From Candidatus Latescibacterota bacterium (GTDB lineage: Bacteria > Latescibacterota > UBA2968 > UBA8231): DNA of 64,000 bases. Under the pieces are notes generated by a model. It was not told where the DNA came from. It saw only the letters and a program-made list of their open reading frames with translations, and did no database searches. Location: positions 2,336,001 through 2,400,000 of the forward strand of contig OZ253462.1 of the NCBI GenBank assembly GCA_965261395.1. Direction: 5' to 3'. This document shows, in pieces, positions 1 through 9,097 of the stretch; the stretch's first letter is position 1, and every line of letters starts with the position of its first letter. The position numbers and the translations under genes were made by a program.

Positions 1-431
1 CGTCGGTGCAGCTTCTTGCGGATGCGCTTGCGGCGGCGGGCATTTTGGGCTTGGTCGGCCGCCGATTGCAGCTTTTGACGCAGCGTCTGGCACTTTACGC
101 GCACCCGCTCCACGTCGGCCCCTGAATACTGTTGACCGTCCGAGTCCGTCGCCAGATTCGCCACGCCCAAATCAACGCCAAGGAAGTCGTCCGGCTCACA
201 CGTCGTCGCGTCGTCGTATTCGACCGTAGCCATCAAGAACCACTTACCATCGCGCCGACGCACCAACTCGGCATACCGCTTGACGTGGCCGAACTGCTCG
301 GCTTGGTAGCGGCCCATCTTGCAAGGGATGTCCGTGCGGCCAGCCAGAGCCTTGAGGTTAATACACTCAAGCCCTTTGTAGCGGAGCAAGTGGCGATCAT
401 AGGGCATCGACGACAGCGGGCGAAACGACAT
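1..431 (-). CDS. tnpB: TnpB RNA-guided endonuclease, N-terminally shortened, 3' part outside the window (not in the ORF track)
   Basis: Manual translation from ATG 431: MSFRPLSSMPYDRHLLRYKGLECINLKALAGRTDIPCKMGRYQ...DGKWFLMATVEY...DDFLGVDLGVANLATDSDG...RRRKRIRKKLHR. RuvC-I motif GVDLG is followed by a basic bridge helix. Confidence 0.88.
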   Translation of the reverse strand, partial: MSFRPLSSMPYDRHLLRYKGLECINLKALAGRTDIPCKMGRYQAEQFGHVKRYAELVRRRDGKWFLMATVEYDDATTCEPDDFLGVDLGVANLATDSDGQQYSGADVERVRVKCQTLRQKLQSAADQAQNARRRKRIRKKLHR

Positions 432-540
432 AAAAACCAATACAGTCCGTGTGGAAAACTTTGTCAACCCGTAGTAACCAAAGGGAGAATCGGCGTTTCC
501 TCTGTCGCCTGAAGACGACAGGCTCCACGCCGAAATTTCT
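1..540 (-). mobile_element. IS200/IS605-family element (tnpB-only in view); left end at about 540, continues off the window start
   Basis: The minus strand reads TCAT|AGAAATTTCGGCGTGGAGCCTGTCGTCTTCAGGCGACAGAGGAAACGCCGA. This contains a subterminal hairpin CTGTCGTC-TTCA-GGCGACAG (502-521) inside an outer stem (490-496/527-533), directly upstream of a tnpB frame. Confidence 0.8.
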
Positions 541-3096
541 ATGAAACCTCTACATCGCCTCAATATCATTCCATCCCTGCCCGAGCAGTTGACGCCGCTG
601 TGGGAGCTGGGGTACAACCTCTGGTGGACTTGGAGCAAGGAGACCATCTGCACCCTCTACCAGATCGACCCGGAAACGTGGATCGAGAGCCAGCGCAATC
701 CCCTGCGCTTTTGGGCTTCCCTGCGGCCGGACCAGCTCGACGCCCTAATTGCCGACGAGCAACTGCGGGGTCGCATCGAGCGCATCGTCGAGCAATTCGA
801 GGGCTATTTGTCGCATACGGCGTGGTTTGGTCAGACGCACGGCGAGAGCCAGTTACAGGTTGCGTACTTCTCGGCGGAATTCGGCTTGACCGAGAGCCTA
901 CGCATTTATTCCGGCGGCTTGGGCGTGCTCGCCGGCGACCACCTCAAGGCCGCTAGCGACCTAGGCATTCCCCTCGTCGGGGTCGGCTTGCTCTACCGCG
1001 AGGGTTATTTCCGCCAAGCCCTCAACGCCGACGGCTGGCAGGCAGAGCGAAACCCGGAAAACGACTTCTACCAGATGCCCGTACAGCCGGTCTACACTCG
1101 CGACGGAGGGCACCTGACCATTGAGGTCCCCTTTGCCCACGGCTTGGTACAGGCGCGGATTTGGCGGGTGCAGGTGGGCCGGGTGCAGCTCTATTTGCTC
1201 GATACCAACCTCGACGAAAATACCCCTGCGGACCGCGATATTACCGCCCGCCTCTACGGCGGCGACGCAGCCATGCGCATCCGGCAGGAGATTCTCCTCG
1301 GCATCGGCGGTCTGCGTGCTCTCCAGGCCGTGGGCGTCGAACCTACCGTCTGCCACATGAACGAGGGGCACTCGGCCTTTTTGGCCCTAGAGCGGATTCG
1401 TCGGCTAATGGCCGAGCACGGCTATTCGTTTGCCACAGCCCGCGAGGCCAGCGTCATGGGCAATGTGTTCACTACACACACCCCGGTCGCGGCTGGCAAC
1501 GACTGGTTCCCCGCGCACCTAGTCGAGGCGCACTTGGGCTATTTCCGCGAGTGGCTCGGCCTGTCGCACGAGGAATTTATCGGCTTGGGCCGGGTTAATC
1601 CCCGCGACCCCCACGCCGACTTCTGCATGACGGTCTTGGCGCTCAGGCTTTCGGGCCGGGCCAATGGGGTCAGTCGCCTGCACGGCGCGGTTAGCCGCCG
1701 CATGTGGCAGGGCCTGTGGCCCGACTTCTCAGAGCACGAAATCCCCATCGGCCACGTCACCAACGGCGTTCATCTCCACACGTGGATTTCGCTGGAAATG
1801 GCCGAGCTGTTCGACCGCAAGCTCGGCGACGCCTGGCGCTTTGTCTCGACTGACGAGCGGGACTGGGACCCGGTCTATCACATCCCCGACCGCGAGCTGT
1901 GGGACACGCACCAGCACCGGCGCAAGCGGCTGATTGACGTAACCCGCCATCACCTGCGCCAGCAGATGCAGGGCCAAGGCGCGCCGGCGGCCAAAATTGA
2001 ACAGGCGCTAGCGCGGCTCGACCCCGAGGTGCTGACCATTGGCTTTGCCCGCCGCTTTGCCACCTACAAGCGCGGCAACCTGATTTTCCGCAATATCGAG
2101 CGGCTCAAGGCCCTGTTCTCCGACTCGCAGCGGCCCTTGCAGATTCTCTTCGCCGGCAAGGCCCACCCCCACGACGACGCTGGCAAGGAGCTGATCCGCC
2201 AGATCGTCCACCTCGCGCGACAAGCGCCCTTTAATGGCCGGATTTTCTTTTTGCAAGACTACGACATGAACCTCGCCCGCTACTTGGTGCAAGGGTGCGA
2301 TGTCTGGCTCAACAACCCTCGCCGCCCCTTGGAGGCGTCGGGCACGTCTGGCATGAAGGCTGCGGTCAACGGCGTGCTCAACGTCAGCGTATTCGATGGC
2401 TGGTGGGACGAAGCCTGCGACAACCACGCTGGTTGGACCATTGGCCGCGGCGAGGACTACGACGACGAACAGTACCAAGACGCGGTCGAGTCCAACTCGC
2501 TTTACGACCTGCTAGAAACCGAGGTGATCCCGCTCTTCTACCAGCGCGATGCGGACGGATTGCCCGGCGGTTGGGTTGCCCGTATGAAGGAGACCATCGC
2601 CCAGCTTGCGCCGCAGTACAACACGAACCGCATGGTGCGCGAGTACGTCGAGCGGTTCTATTTGCCTGGGCAAGCTCGCTTTGAGGAATTGGCGGCCGAC
2701 CGCGAGCGGGTCCAGCGGCTGACGCATTGGAAGTCGCACGTGCGCTCCAAGTGGGCCCAGGTCCAGATCGGCGCGGTGGATGCCGAATTTCCGCGGCTGC
2801 TCAAGGTGGGGATGCGGGTGCCGTTGCGCGCCGCAGTGGCCTTGGGCGAGCTAACGCCAGAGGATGTCCGCGTCGAGATCTACGCCGGCCGTCTCAATGC
2901 CCAGCGCGAGTTCTCGCAGACCGAGGTGTATCCGCTGGAATTGGCCGGTCCCAACGGCGACGGCACCTATCATTTCGTCGGCACCTTCACGTGCGCGGCG
3001 GCCGGCTCGTACGGCTACACCCTGCGCGTGGTGCCCTCGCACTCTGACTTGCAAAACTCCTTGGAGATGGGGTTGGTTCACTGGGCGAAGGGGTAA
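541..3096 (+). CDS. glgP: Alpha-glucan (glycogen/maltodextrin) phosphorylase, GT35
   Basis: 851 aa with YSGGLGVLAGD, HMNEGH, FTTHTP, GFARRFATYKR and the PLP-lysine motif EASGTSGMKA. Confidence 0.96.
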   Translation: MKPLHRLNIIPSLPEQLTPLWELGYNLWWTWSKETICTLYQIDPETWIESQRNPLRFWASLRPDQLDALIADEQLRGRIERIVEQFEGYLSHTAWFGQTHGESQLQVAYFSAEFGLTESLRIYSGGLGVLAGDHLKAASDLGIPLVGVGLLYREGYFRQALNADGWQAERNPENDFYQMPVQPVYTRDGGHLTIEVPFAHGLVQARIWRVQVGRVQLYLLDTNLDENTPADRDITARLYGGDAAMRIRQEILLGIGGLRALQAVGVEPTVCHMNEGHSAFLALERIRRLMAEHGYSFATAREASVMGNVFTTHTPVAAGNDWFPAHLVEAHLGYFREWLGLSHEEFIGLGRVNPRDPHADFCMTVLALRLSGRANGVSRLHGAVSRRMWQGLWPDFSEHEIPIGHVTNGVHLHTWISLEMAELFDRKLGDAWRFVSTDERDWDPVYHIPDRELWDTHQHRRKRLIDVTRHHLRQQMQGQGAPAAKIEQALARLDPEVLTIGFARRFATYKRGNLIFRNIERLKALFSDSQRPLQILFAGKAHPHDDAGKELIRQIVHLARQAPFNGRIFFLQDYDMNLARYLVQGCDVWLNNPRRPLEASGTSGMKAAVNGVLNVSVFDGWWDEACDNHAGWTIGRGEDYDDEQYQDAVESNSLYDLLETEVIPLFYQRDADGLPGGWVARMKETIAQLAPQYNTNRMVREYVERFYLPGQARFEELAADRERVQRLTHWKSHVRSKWAQVQIGAVDAEFPRLLKVGMRVPLRAAVALGELTPEDVRVEIYAGRLNAQREFSQTEVYPLELAGPNGDGTYHFVGTFTCAAAGSYGYTLRVVPSHSDLQNSLEMGLVHWAKG

Positions 3097-3266
3097 GGGA
3101 TGTGCGCTGTAGGTATAGACGCGCTTCAAGTTCGTCTTCGGGGATTGGTGGCTTCGCTATTTGTGGGAGTACCCAGCGAAGGCACCCCGTAGCAAAAAAT
3201 AAAGCCCCTGCCTCCAGCTTTTGCGGCATAGAGCGAGATTTTAAACTGAAACTGAGCCATGACCCT

Positions 3267-3611
3267 TTAAGGGTGTTGACTCGTCGTCAGTGAATCGGCG
3301 AGGGTGGTTACGATGGATTTCTCGTCCCGTTTCGATAGCGTACCGATTTTGCGTATCACCGATTTATTATCGAGCGTGAAAAGCTTTAGGCGGATTTTGC
3401 AAGGCACATTGAGGCCGGCTTCCTGCCAATTCTCAATGACTACATCGCTTGGCCATTTGTTTTTCGTGCTCGTAATCATGGCGAGGATCGTTTGCGTGTG
3501 GGCCTTATTGAAGCTCACTGAAGAGACGACTAGCGCCGGGCGGCGTTTCTTTTCATTGAGGTCTGCGAAGGGAAAGGGAACGACGACGACATCGAATGGA
3601 TCAAAGGTCAC
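3267..3611 (-). CDS. PemK/MazF-family type II toxin (endoribonuclease)
   Basis: FDVVVVPFPFAD..KKRRPALVVS..ILAMITS..AGL. Likely GTG start at 3611 overlaps the upstream stop by 11 nt, as in toxin-antitoxin operons. Confidence 0.9.
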   Translation of the reverse strand: MTFDPFDVVVVPFPFADLNEKKRRPALVVSSVSFNKAHTQTILAMITSTKNKWPSDVVIENWQEAGLNVPCKIRLKLFTLDNKSVIRKIGTLSKRDEKSIVTTLADSLTTSQHP

Positions 3612-4593
3612 GCCAAGCCTCCTCATCTTCTGGAGAAGTCCATTCTTCGCTCATCGTCTGATAAAGACCTCGCAGGTAATCTTCCTGAACTAGCGGCCAG
3701 CCACCGTAGGCTTCTATTGTTTCGTCAATGCTAGCCATGATGCGCGGCGTCTCGGCCAAGGCCGCACAGAGGCGACGGTAGTGGGCAATGCCGTCGTATG
3801 AGAGGGTGTGTTTTTTGCGGTCCTTGAGCCACTTCTCCGCCGGCTGGTAGCCACCAATAGTGAATTCCCACGTGTTTGGCTCAACGCCATCAAAATACTG
3901 CTCGCTGTTGATCCACACCCGCTTCTGCGGCGGCGCATAGCTCACCTTTTCTACGCGATTGTTGCCATCGACTGGAAAAACGGGGGCCTCGCCATCATCG
4001 GCTTCCATTAAGTGCAGGACTGTCAGTCGCTTCCCAAGCGCGGCGAGCGACTCAAACAGCGCACCGCAGTTGGTCACGGGAACGCGGGGAAAATCTGACT
4101 TGAGGAAGTCAGCGTAGCGGCGGCGGTATTCTGGGCTGTGGAGCACTGCGTAGAGGTAGTGGAAGACATCATCCGGGCCAAAGGTGGTGGTGAGATTGCC
4201 AGCACCGTCGGGGATGAAATCGAGGCTGACGGCTGATGCGAACTTCTTGATGAACCGGGAATCTAGGTTTGGAGCACGCGGGCTGGTGCCATCCGCTAGG
4301 GTCTCCGGCGGATAGATATACAGAGGGAACAGGTAGTTGACTTCTTTTAGAGATACTGTGTGGTGTTGAATGAGGTCCTTGGACGCGAAGACATGCTCCC
4401 AGCCCTTTGCGATTTCGGTCGATCTCGTAGTTGATAGCCCCAGATTCTCCCCGGCCAGTACATGCCGCATAACGTCATATACAGGCCATCCCAAAAACCC
4501 CTTTGACTTATCCGTGTAGTATGTCCACCTATAGTCAAAGGGCCTATATAGACAAAGCTTTATATATTCATCTTTGATTCGGCTTTGGTGCAT
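3601..4593 (-). pseudogene. C-terminal specificity region of a type ISP/IIG-like restriction-modification enzyme, 5'-truncated by the IS, ending in an antitoxin-like acidic tail
   Basis: YRPFD, LFPLY, DVFHYLYAVLHSPEYRRRYADFLKSDFPRVP and WEFTIGGYQPAEKWLKDRK are typical of the LlaBIII-type C-terminal domain. The ORF-track ATG lies inside the IS inverted repeat. Confidence 0.85.
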
Positions 4594-5765
4594 GAATTGG
4601 TGTTTTTTTCGGTTGATCGGTTGAATAAAAACAGGCTCCTCAGTAGATTGAGCACGACTTTCGCCAAAAAACCCATGCTTTCTCGTCCAAGGAACCTGTC
4701 ATGGCCAACCTATCGTCTTGCCCCTCTTCCGTCAAGCCTGGTCGCTCGCCTCGCCGTCGCTCCAACGTCGTGTACCGGGTACGTAATTGGGCCGACTATG
4801 AGGCCGGGCTGCAACAGCGCGGTAGTCTGACGGTGTGGTTCACGCCCCAGGCCGTCGAAGCTTGGTATTATCAAGGGCCGCCTCAGCGGGGGGCGCAATA
4901 TACCTTTTCGGAGGTCGCCATCCAAACGGCGTTGACGCTGCGTCTTTTGTATCACTTGCCCCTACGCCAAACCGAGGGGTTTGTCGCTTCGGTGTTGGCC
5001 CTGATGGGCTTGGATCTGCGGGTGCCCGATCACACGACCCTGTCGCGCCGTCAGGCGGGTTTAGCCGTGGCGTGGCCGCCCCAGCGGGGAGACCAACCGA
5101 TGCACTTGGTGGTGGATTCGACCGGGCTGAAAGTGTATGGCGAAGGCGAATGGAAGGTGCGTCAGCACGGCTGGAGCAAGCGGCGCACGTGGCGCAAATT
5201 GCACCTCGGGGTTAATGAAGCCACCGGCGAGATCGTCGCGCAGACCTTGACGACGAATAGCCACGATGATGCGGGGCAGGTGGAGCCGTTGCTGGCACAG
5301 ATCGAGGCCCCCGTGGAGGCGTTGGGCGGCGATGGGGCCTATGACAAACGCAAGGTGTTCAAGGCGTTGGCCGCGCCCGAGCAGGGGGCACCTATTCATC
5401 CGATCATTCCGCCGCGCAAGGACGCCAAAATCGAGCAACATGGCAACACCAACGCCGAGCCGTTGCCCCGCGATGAGACGATTCGAGCCATCCGCAAACG
5501 GGGCCGTCGAGGTTGGAAACACGAGAGCGGCTATCATCGACGCTCGGTAGCCGAAACGCAGATAGGCCGCTACAAACAGATACTTGGTGACACCTTGCGC
5601 ACCCGAACCCTAACCAACCAACAGACCGAAGCGCGGTTGGGCTGTGCCTTGCTCAACCGGATGCGGGCGTTGGCGAAACCTGAGTCCTATCCGCTAACCA
5701 AAAAAGCGTAAATCACACGCGAAAGAAGCCAACACGGCCCCGACCGGTTTTCATGCAACAAAGCC
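4581..5765 (+). mobile_element. IS5-family (IS903-group-like) insertion sequence, 1185 bp
   Basis: 16-bp terminal inverted repeats GGCTTTGGTGCATGAA (4581-4596) and TTCATGCAACAAAGCC (5750-5765), one mismatch. They resemble the IS903 end GGCTTTGTTGAATAA. No target duplication is visible. Confidence 0.92.
4701..5711 (+). CDS. IS5-family DDE transposase
   Basis: YRVRNWADY..RGSLTVW, VPDHTTLSRR, VDSTGLKVYGEGEW, WRKLHLG, DGAYD, YHRRSVAET. Confidence 0.95.
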   Translation: MANLSSCPSSVKPGRSPRRRSNVVYRVRNWADYEAGLQQRGSLTVWFTPQAVEAWYYQGPPQRGAQYTFSEVAIQTALTLRLLYHLPLRQTEGFVASVLALMGLDLRVPDHTTLSRRQAGLAVAWPPQRGDQPMHLVVDSTGLKVYGEGEWKVRQHGWSKRRTWRKLHLGVNEATGEIVAQTLTTNSHDDAGQVEPLLAQIEAPVEALGGDGAYDKRKVFKALAAPEQGAPIHPIIPPRKDAKIEQHGNTNAEPLPRDETIRAIRKRGRRGWKHESGYHRRSVAETQIGRYKQILGDTLRTRTLTNQQTEARLGCALLNRMRALAKPESYPLTKKA

Positions 5766-5766
5766 G

Positions 5767-6558
5767 TCCCCAGGCAAAAAAGGTGTTGCCATTCCGAAGC
5801 CCATCCAAAAGGGTATCGAATTCCGCGACGTATCGTTTTGCTATCCAGGGTCTAATGAGTACGTGCTGCGCAATATCTCCTACCATCTTCCCACCGGGCA
5901 TACGACGGCTATCGTCGGCCCTAATGGAGCTGGAAAGACGACACTAGTTAAGCTATTGATTCGACTATATGATCCAACCGAGGGGGCGATTTTAGTGGAT
6001 GGAATAGACCTGCGCGAGGTTGAACCCGAGTCGTGGTGGCGTCATATGAGTGTTATCTTCCAAGACTTCCAACGCTACAATCTATCGGCACGGGAAAACA
6101 TCGGCTTTGGCGAATTGGAGCACTTGCATGACGACGATAAACTCATGCAAGCAGCACGCCTTGCTGGAGCTGAGACGCTGATACAACAGTTCCCGAGAGG
6201 ACTTGACACCATGTTTGGTCGCATGTTCTCCGACGGGATCGAAATTTCCGGCGGGGAGTGGCAGCGCATTGCCCTTGGCAGAGCGTTTATTCGGGACGCA
6301 CAAGTAATTGTATTGGACGAGCCGACAGCATCGCTCGATGCTTTCACTGAGCAGGCAATATACGAAGGATTCGCGCGAGCGATTGTCGGCAAAACGGGGT
6401 TGCTGATCTCGCACCGATTTTCCACTGTTCGCATGGCGGACAGTATTCTCGTCCTGAAGGATGGGCAACTCGTTGAATATGGAACGCACGAGCACCTCAT
6501 TTCAACAAACGGCCTCTATGCCGAGATGTTCACAGCTCAAGCAAGTCAATACAGGTAG
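5767..6558 (+). pseudogene. ATPase half of a fused permease-ATPase ABC exporter, 5'-truncated at the IS
   Basis: The frame is open from the IS end (SPGKKG...GIEFRDVSFCYPG). Walker A GPNGAGKT, signature ISGGEWQR, Walker B LDEPT. The transmembrane domain is missing. Confidence 0.85.
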
Positions 6559-6636
6559 GGATTCATCGACCGTTTGCAAATGCGAACGGATTCGGGTCTG
6601 CGTATCCGCTTGAGACGTTACACGCCAGCGGCAGTC

Positions 6637-8934
6637 TCAGCGCTGCCAATAGTACGACACTTTGAGTTGCAGCGAGCGGCTGGCTTGCTGCAAACCTCCC
6701 TCCGTATCCCAGACCTGATTGTACACGAGGAACAGATCGCTGCCGGGCAGGTAGCGATAGTTAAATAGAAAATTGCCGCCCGCTAGCTCTTGGGCGCTGT
6801 TCCACTGTAAAAAGCCGCGCAAGAACATGTCGGGCGAGAAGGAATAGAGGAAGCGGTGCCCGAACAGGTGGGTGTTGAAGGTGCCGTTGGGCAGGTTGAT
6901 GTGGTTGAACTCGTAGGTGCCTTCCAGCTCTAGGCGGGCATTGTAGCGCCAGACGGCCTCGGTGGAAGTGCGGTGGCGGATGCCGTTGAAGAAATCGCCG
7001 TATTCGTACGAAGCGCGGCCCGAGAGGCGGCGACTCGAATTGGCGAAGAGATTGAACTGGTAGCTGCCAAATTCGTACGCGCCTGGGGGGATTTCCTGGT
7101 CGTCGCGTATTTCAAAAGCCTCGTCCAACAGCTCGTAGCGCTGGCGGTAGCGCCCCCCGAACCAGTCGCCTATTTCCAAATTGACAAAGGCGGAGAATTC
7201 AAAGTCGCGGCTCTGCAAGGTATTGTTCCGGTCCATCAAGTAGGTAAAGCGCGGCCCGAGCGAGAACATGCGGATCCAGTCGATGGCCGGTCGGGGCCGA
7301 TAGCGTCCGTTGCCTTTGAAGCGGCGGATGTCGGTGCGCGGCACAAAGCCCACTTCGGGCGCAAAATCTTCTTCCACGTCCAGATAGCTCAGGCCGGTCT
7401 CAAAGCGGCCTTGGCGGTAGTCCAGTTCCAGCAGGCCGGCTCGGTCGCGGCCTTCTATTTGGGAGGTCCAAGTCTTGGCGGCAAAGCCGCGCAGGTTGAG
7501 GGCGGCCTGCAATAGCGACAGGGTGAAGTCCACGCCGCCGGTGCGATTGTAATCACCCTCGGAGCCGGGTTGCTTGTCGATGGCGATAAAGCCGAGGTTG
7601 GAGCGGCCTAGCATATCGCGCTTGATGCGCAGGACCGTGAAGTCGGTCTGGGCCACGCGCAGGGTGTCGGGGATGTTTAGCTGCAAGGTATCGACGATGG
7701 TGTCCTCACTTAGCTCCGCTTGGTCCGCGTCGAGCAAGTCGCCGTCTGCGGTTACAAAGCGGTCCTCCTCCTCTTCATCGACAAAGGTCATGGCTTGGGT
7801 GGTCATGCGCAGAGTGCCGATTTGATAGGGGCCGGCCCGTCCAGTGAGTTTGCCTCCGGCCAATACGGGCAGGTTGTGGCCCTCTTCAATGCCAATGCGA
7901 CGGCTGTAGAATAGCAGGGTAGGTGGTGGCCCGCCGAAGCCCTGCCTTTCGACGCGTTCGCCAAATTCAAAAATGCCGGCTCCTTCGAGAAAAAAGTCGC
8001 GCTTTTCGGGGAAGAACAGGCTGAAGCGGGTGAGGTTGATCTGCTCTTGGTCGGCTTCCACTTGGGCAAAGTCGGTTTTGTAGGACAGGTCCAAGGTCAG
8101 CGCGGGCGTGAGGCCGTATTTGAAATCTAGGCCTAGGTCTAGGTCGTATTCAGTGGAGCCGCCGTCCGTGAAATCGCGTTGGGTGCCGCTGAGCAAGAAA
8201 GGGACGACCGCTAGGGGCGGGCGGCTCTGAAGCTGGCCCAAACCCGTCAGGGTCGCTAGAAGCGAGGTGCGGTAGCGGCCTCTAAAACCATAGGATTGGG
8301 GCGGAGGCACGAGGAAGACTTCCTCGTTTTTGCGGCGAATGGCGCGACCGATGTTAATGCCCCACACGGCTTGGTCGCTGTCGGGATAGCGCACCTGATC
8401 GAAGGGAATGGCCACTTCGGCGCTCCAGCCCAAGCTGTCGATCCGGGTGCGGCTCTGCCAGACGCTGTCCCAGGCTTGGTTGCGGGTGCGGCCCTCGTCG
8501 GTGAGCAGCAGATCTTGACGAGCACCTAGGGGATTGGTGCTAAAGTAAAAGCCGCCGCGACGGTCGTTATAGGGATCGAGGATAATCTGGATATTGTCGT
8601 TTTCGTCCAAGTCGGCATCGCGCCGCATTTGGTTGGCCACTAGGCGGTCGGCCTCGCTGTCGAAACAGCGCAGGGCAAAGTACAGATGGTCGTCGTCAAA
8701 GAGGATGCGGACTTGGGTCTGCTCGGTGGGCGGGGCGCCTTCGATGGGCTCGCGTTGGAAAAAGTCGGCTATGGTTGGGGCTTGGTGCCAGACTAAATCG
8801 TCGAGGCGACCGTCGATGCTAGGGGGTGTGGGTGTACGGGTGGCTTGGACGAAGGGGGTTTCCTGAGTTTGGCCTAGTGTGGCGAGTAGCGCTAGGACGA
8901 CGGCGCTTTTGGCAATGGACGATAGAAGGTTCAA
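6637..8934 (-). CDS. Secreted CBM9-like domain + DUF5916-type protein (putative outer-membrane carbohydrate-related protein)
   Basis: Signal peptide, then PSIDGRLDD..W, GWSAEVAIPF and DFAQVEAD...NLTRFSLFFPEKRDFFLE. C-terminal beta-strand LKVSYYWQR. Confidence 0.8.
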   Translation of the reverse strand: MNLLSSIAKSAVVLALLATLGQTQETPFVQATRTPTPPSIDGRLDDLVWHQAPTIADFFQREPIEGAPPTEQTQVRILFDDDHLYFALRCFDSEADRLVANQMRRDADLDENDNIQIILDPYNDRRGGFYFSTNPLGARQDLLLTDEGRTRNQAWDSVWQSRTRIDSLGWSAEVAIPFDQVRYPDSDQAVWGINIGRAIRRKNEEVFLVPPPQSYGFRGRYRTSLLATLTGLGQLQSRPPLAVVPFLLSGTQRDFTDGGSTEYDLDLGLDFKYGLTPALTLDLSYKTDFAQVEADQEQINLTRFSLFFPEKRDFFLEGAGIFEFGERVERQGFGGPPPTLLFYSRRIGIEEGHNLPVLAGGKLTGRAGPYQIGTLRMTTQAMTFVDEEEEDRFVTADGDLLDADQAELSEDTIVDTLQLNIPDTLRVAQTDFTVLRIKRDMLGRSNLGFIAIDKQPGSEGDYNRTGGVDFTLSLLQAALNLRGFAAKTWTSQIEGRDRAGLLELDYRQGRFETGLSYLDVEEDFAPEVGFVPRTDIRRFKGNGRYRPRPAIDWIRMFSLGPRFTYLMDRNNTLQSRDFEFSAFVNLEIGDWFGGRYRQRYELLDEAFEIRDDQEIPPGAYEFGSYQFNLFANSSRRLSGRASYEYGDFFNGIRHRTSTEAVWRYNARLELEGTYEFNHINLPNGTFNTHLFGHRFLYSFSPDMFLRGFLQWNSAQELAGGNFLFNYRYLPGSDLFLVYNQVWDTEGGLQQASRSLQLKVSYYWQR

Positions 8935-9027
8935 GATACAGGCTCAGATATTCTCGGTTGAGCAAGTGAAGCTCAATTTTTGCCGTTTCTCTGTCAAGGA
9001 AGATTCAGAGGCATGTTCGACTCTTCG

Positions 9028-9056
9028 TTGACATGCGATACCGGTCAATCTACCTT
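9028..9056 (+). promoter_or_regulatory. Putative sigma70 promoter for the 9098 gene
   Basis: TTGACA (9028-9033), 17-nt spacer, TACCTT (9051-9056). Confidence 0.5.
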
Positions 9057-9097
9057 CCTCGCCTTTTCGGTCGCAGCATTCCACAACGGAGATCGCG

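Noticed and set aside
132-512. 126-aa plus-strand ORF
   Set aside because: Antisense shadow of tnpB, which has clear motifs on the minus strand.
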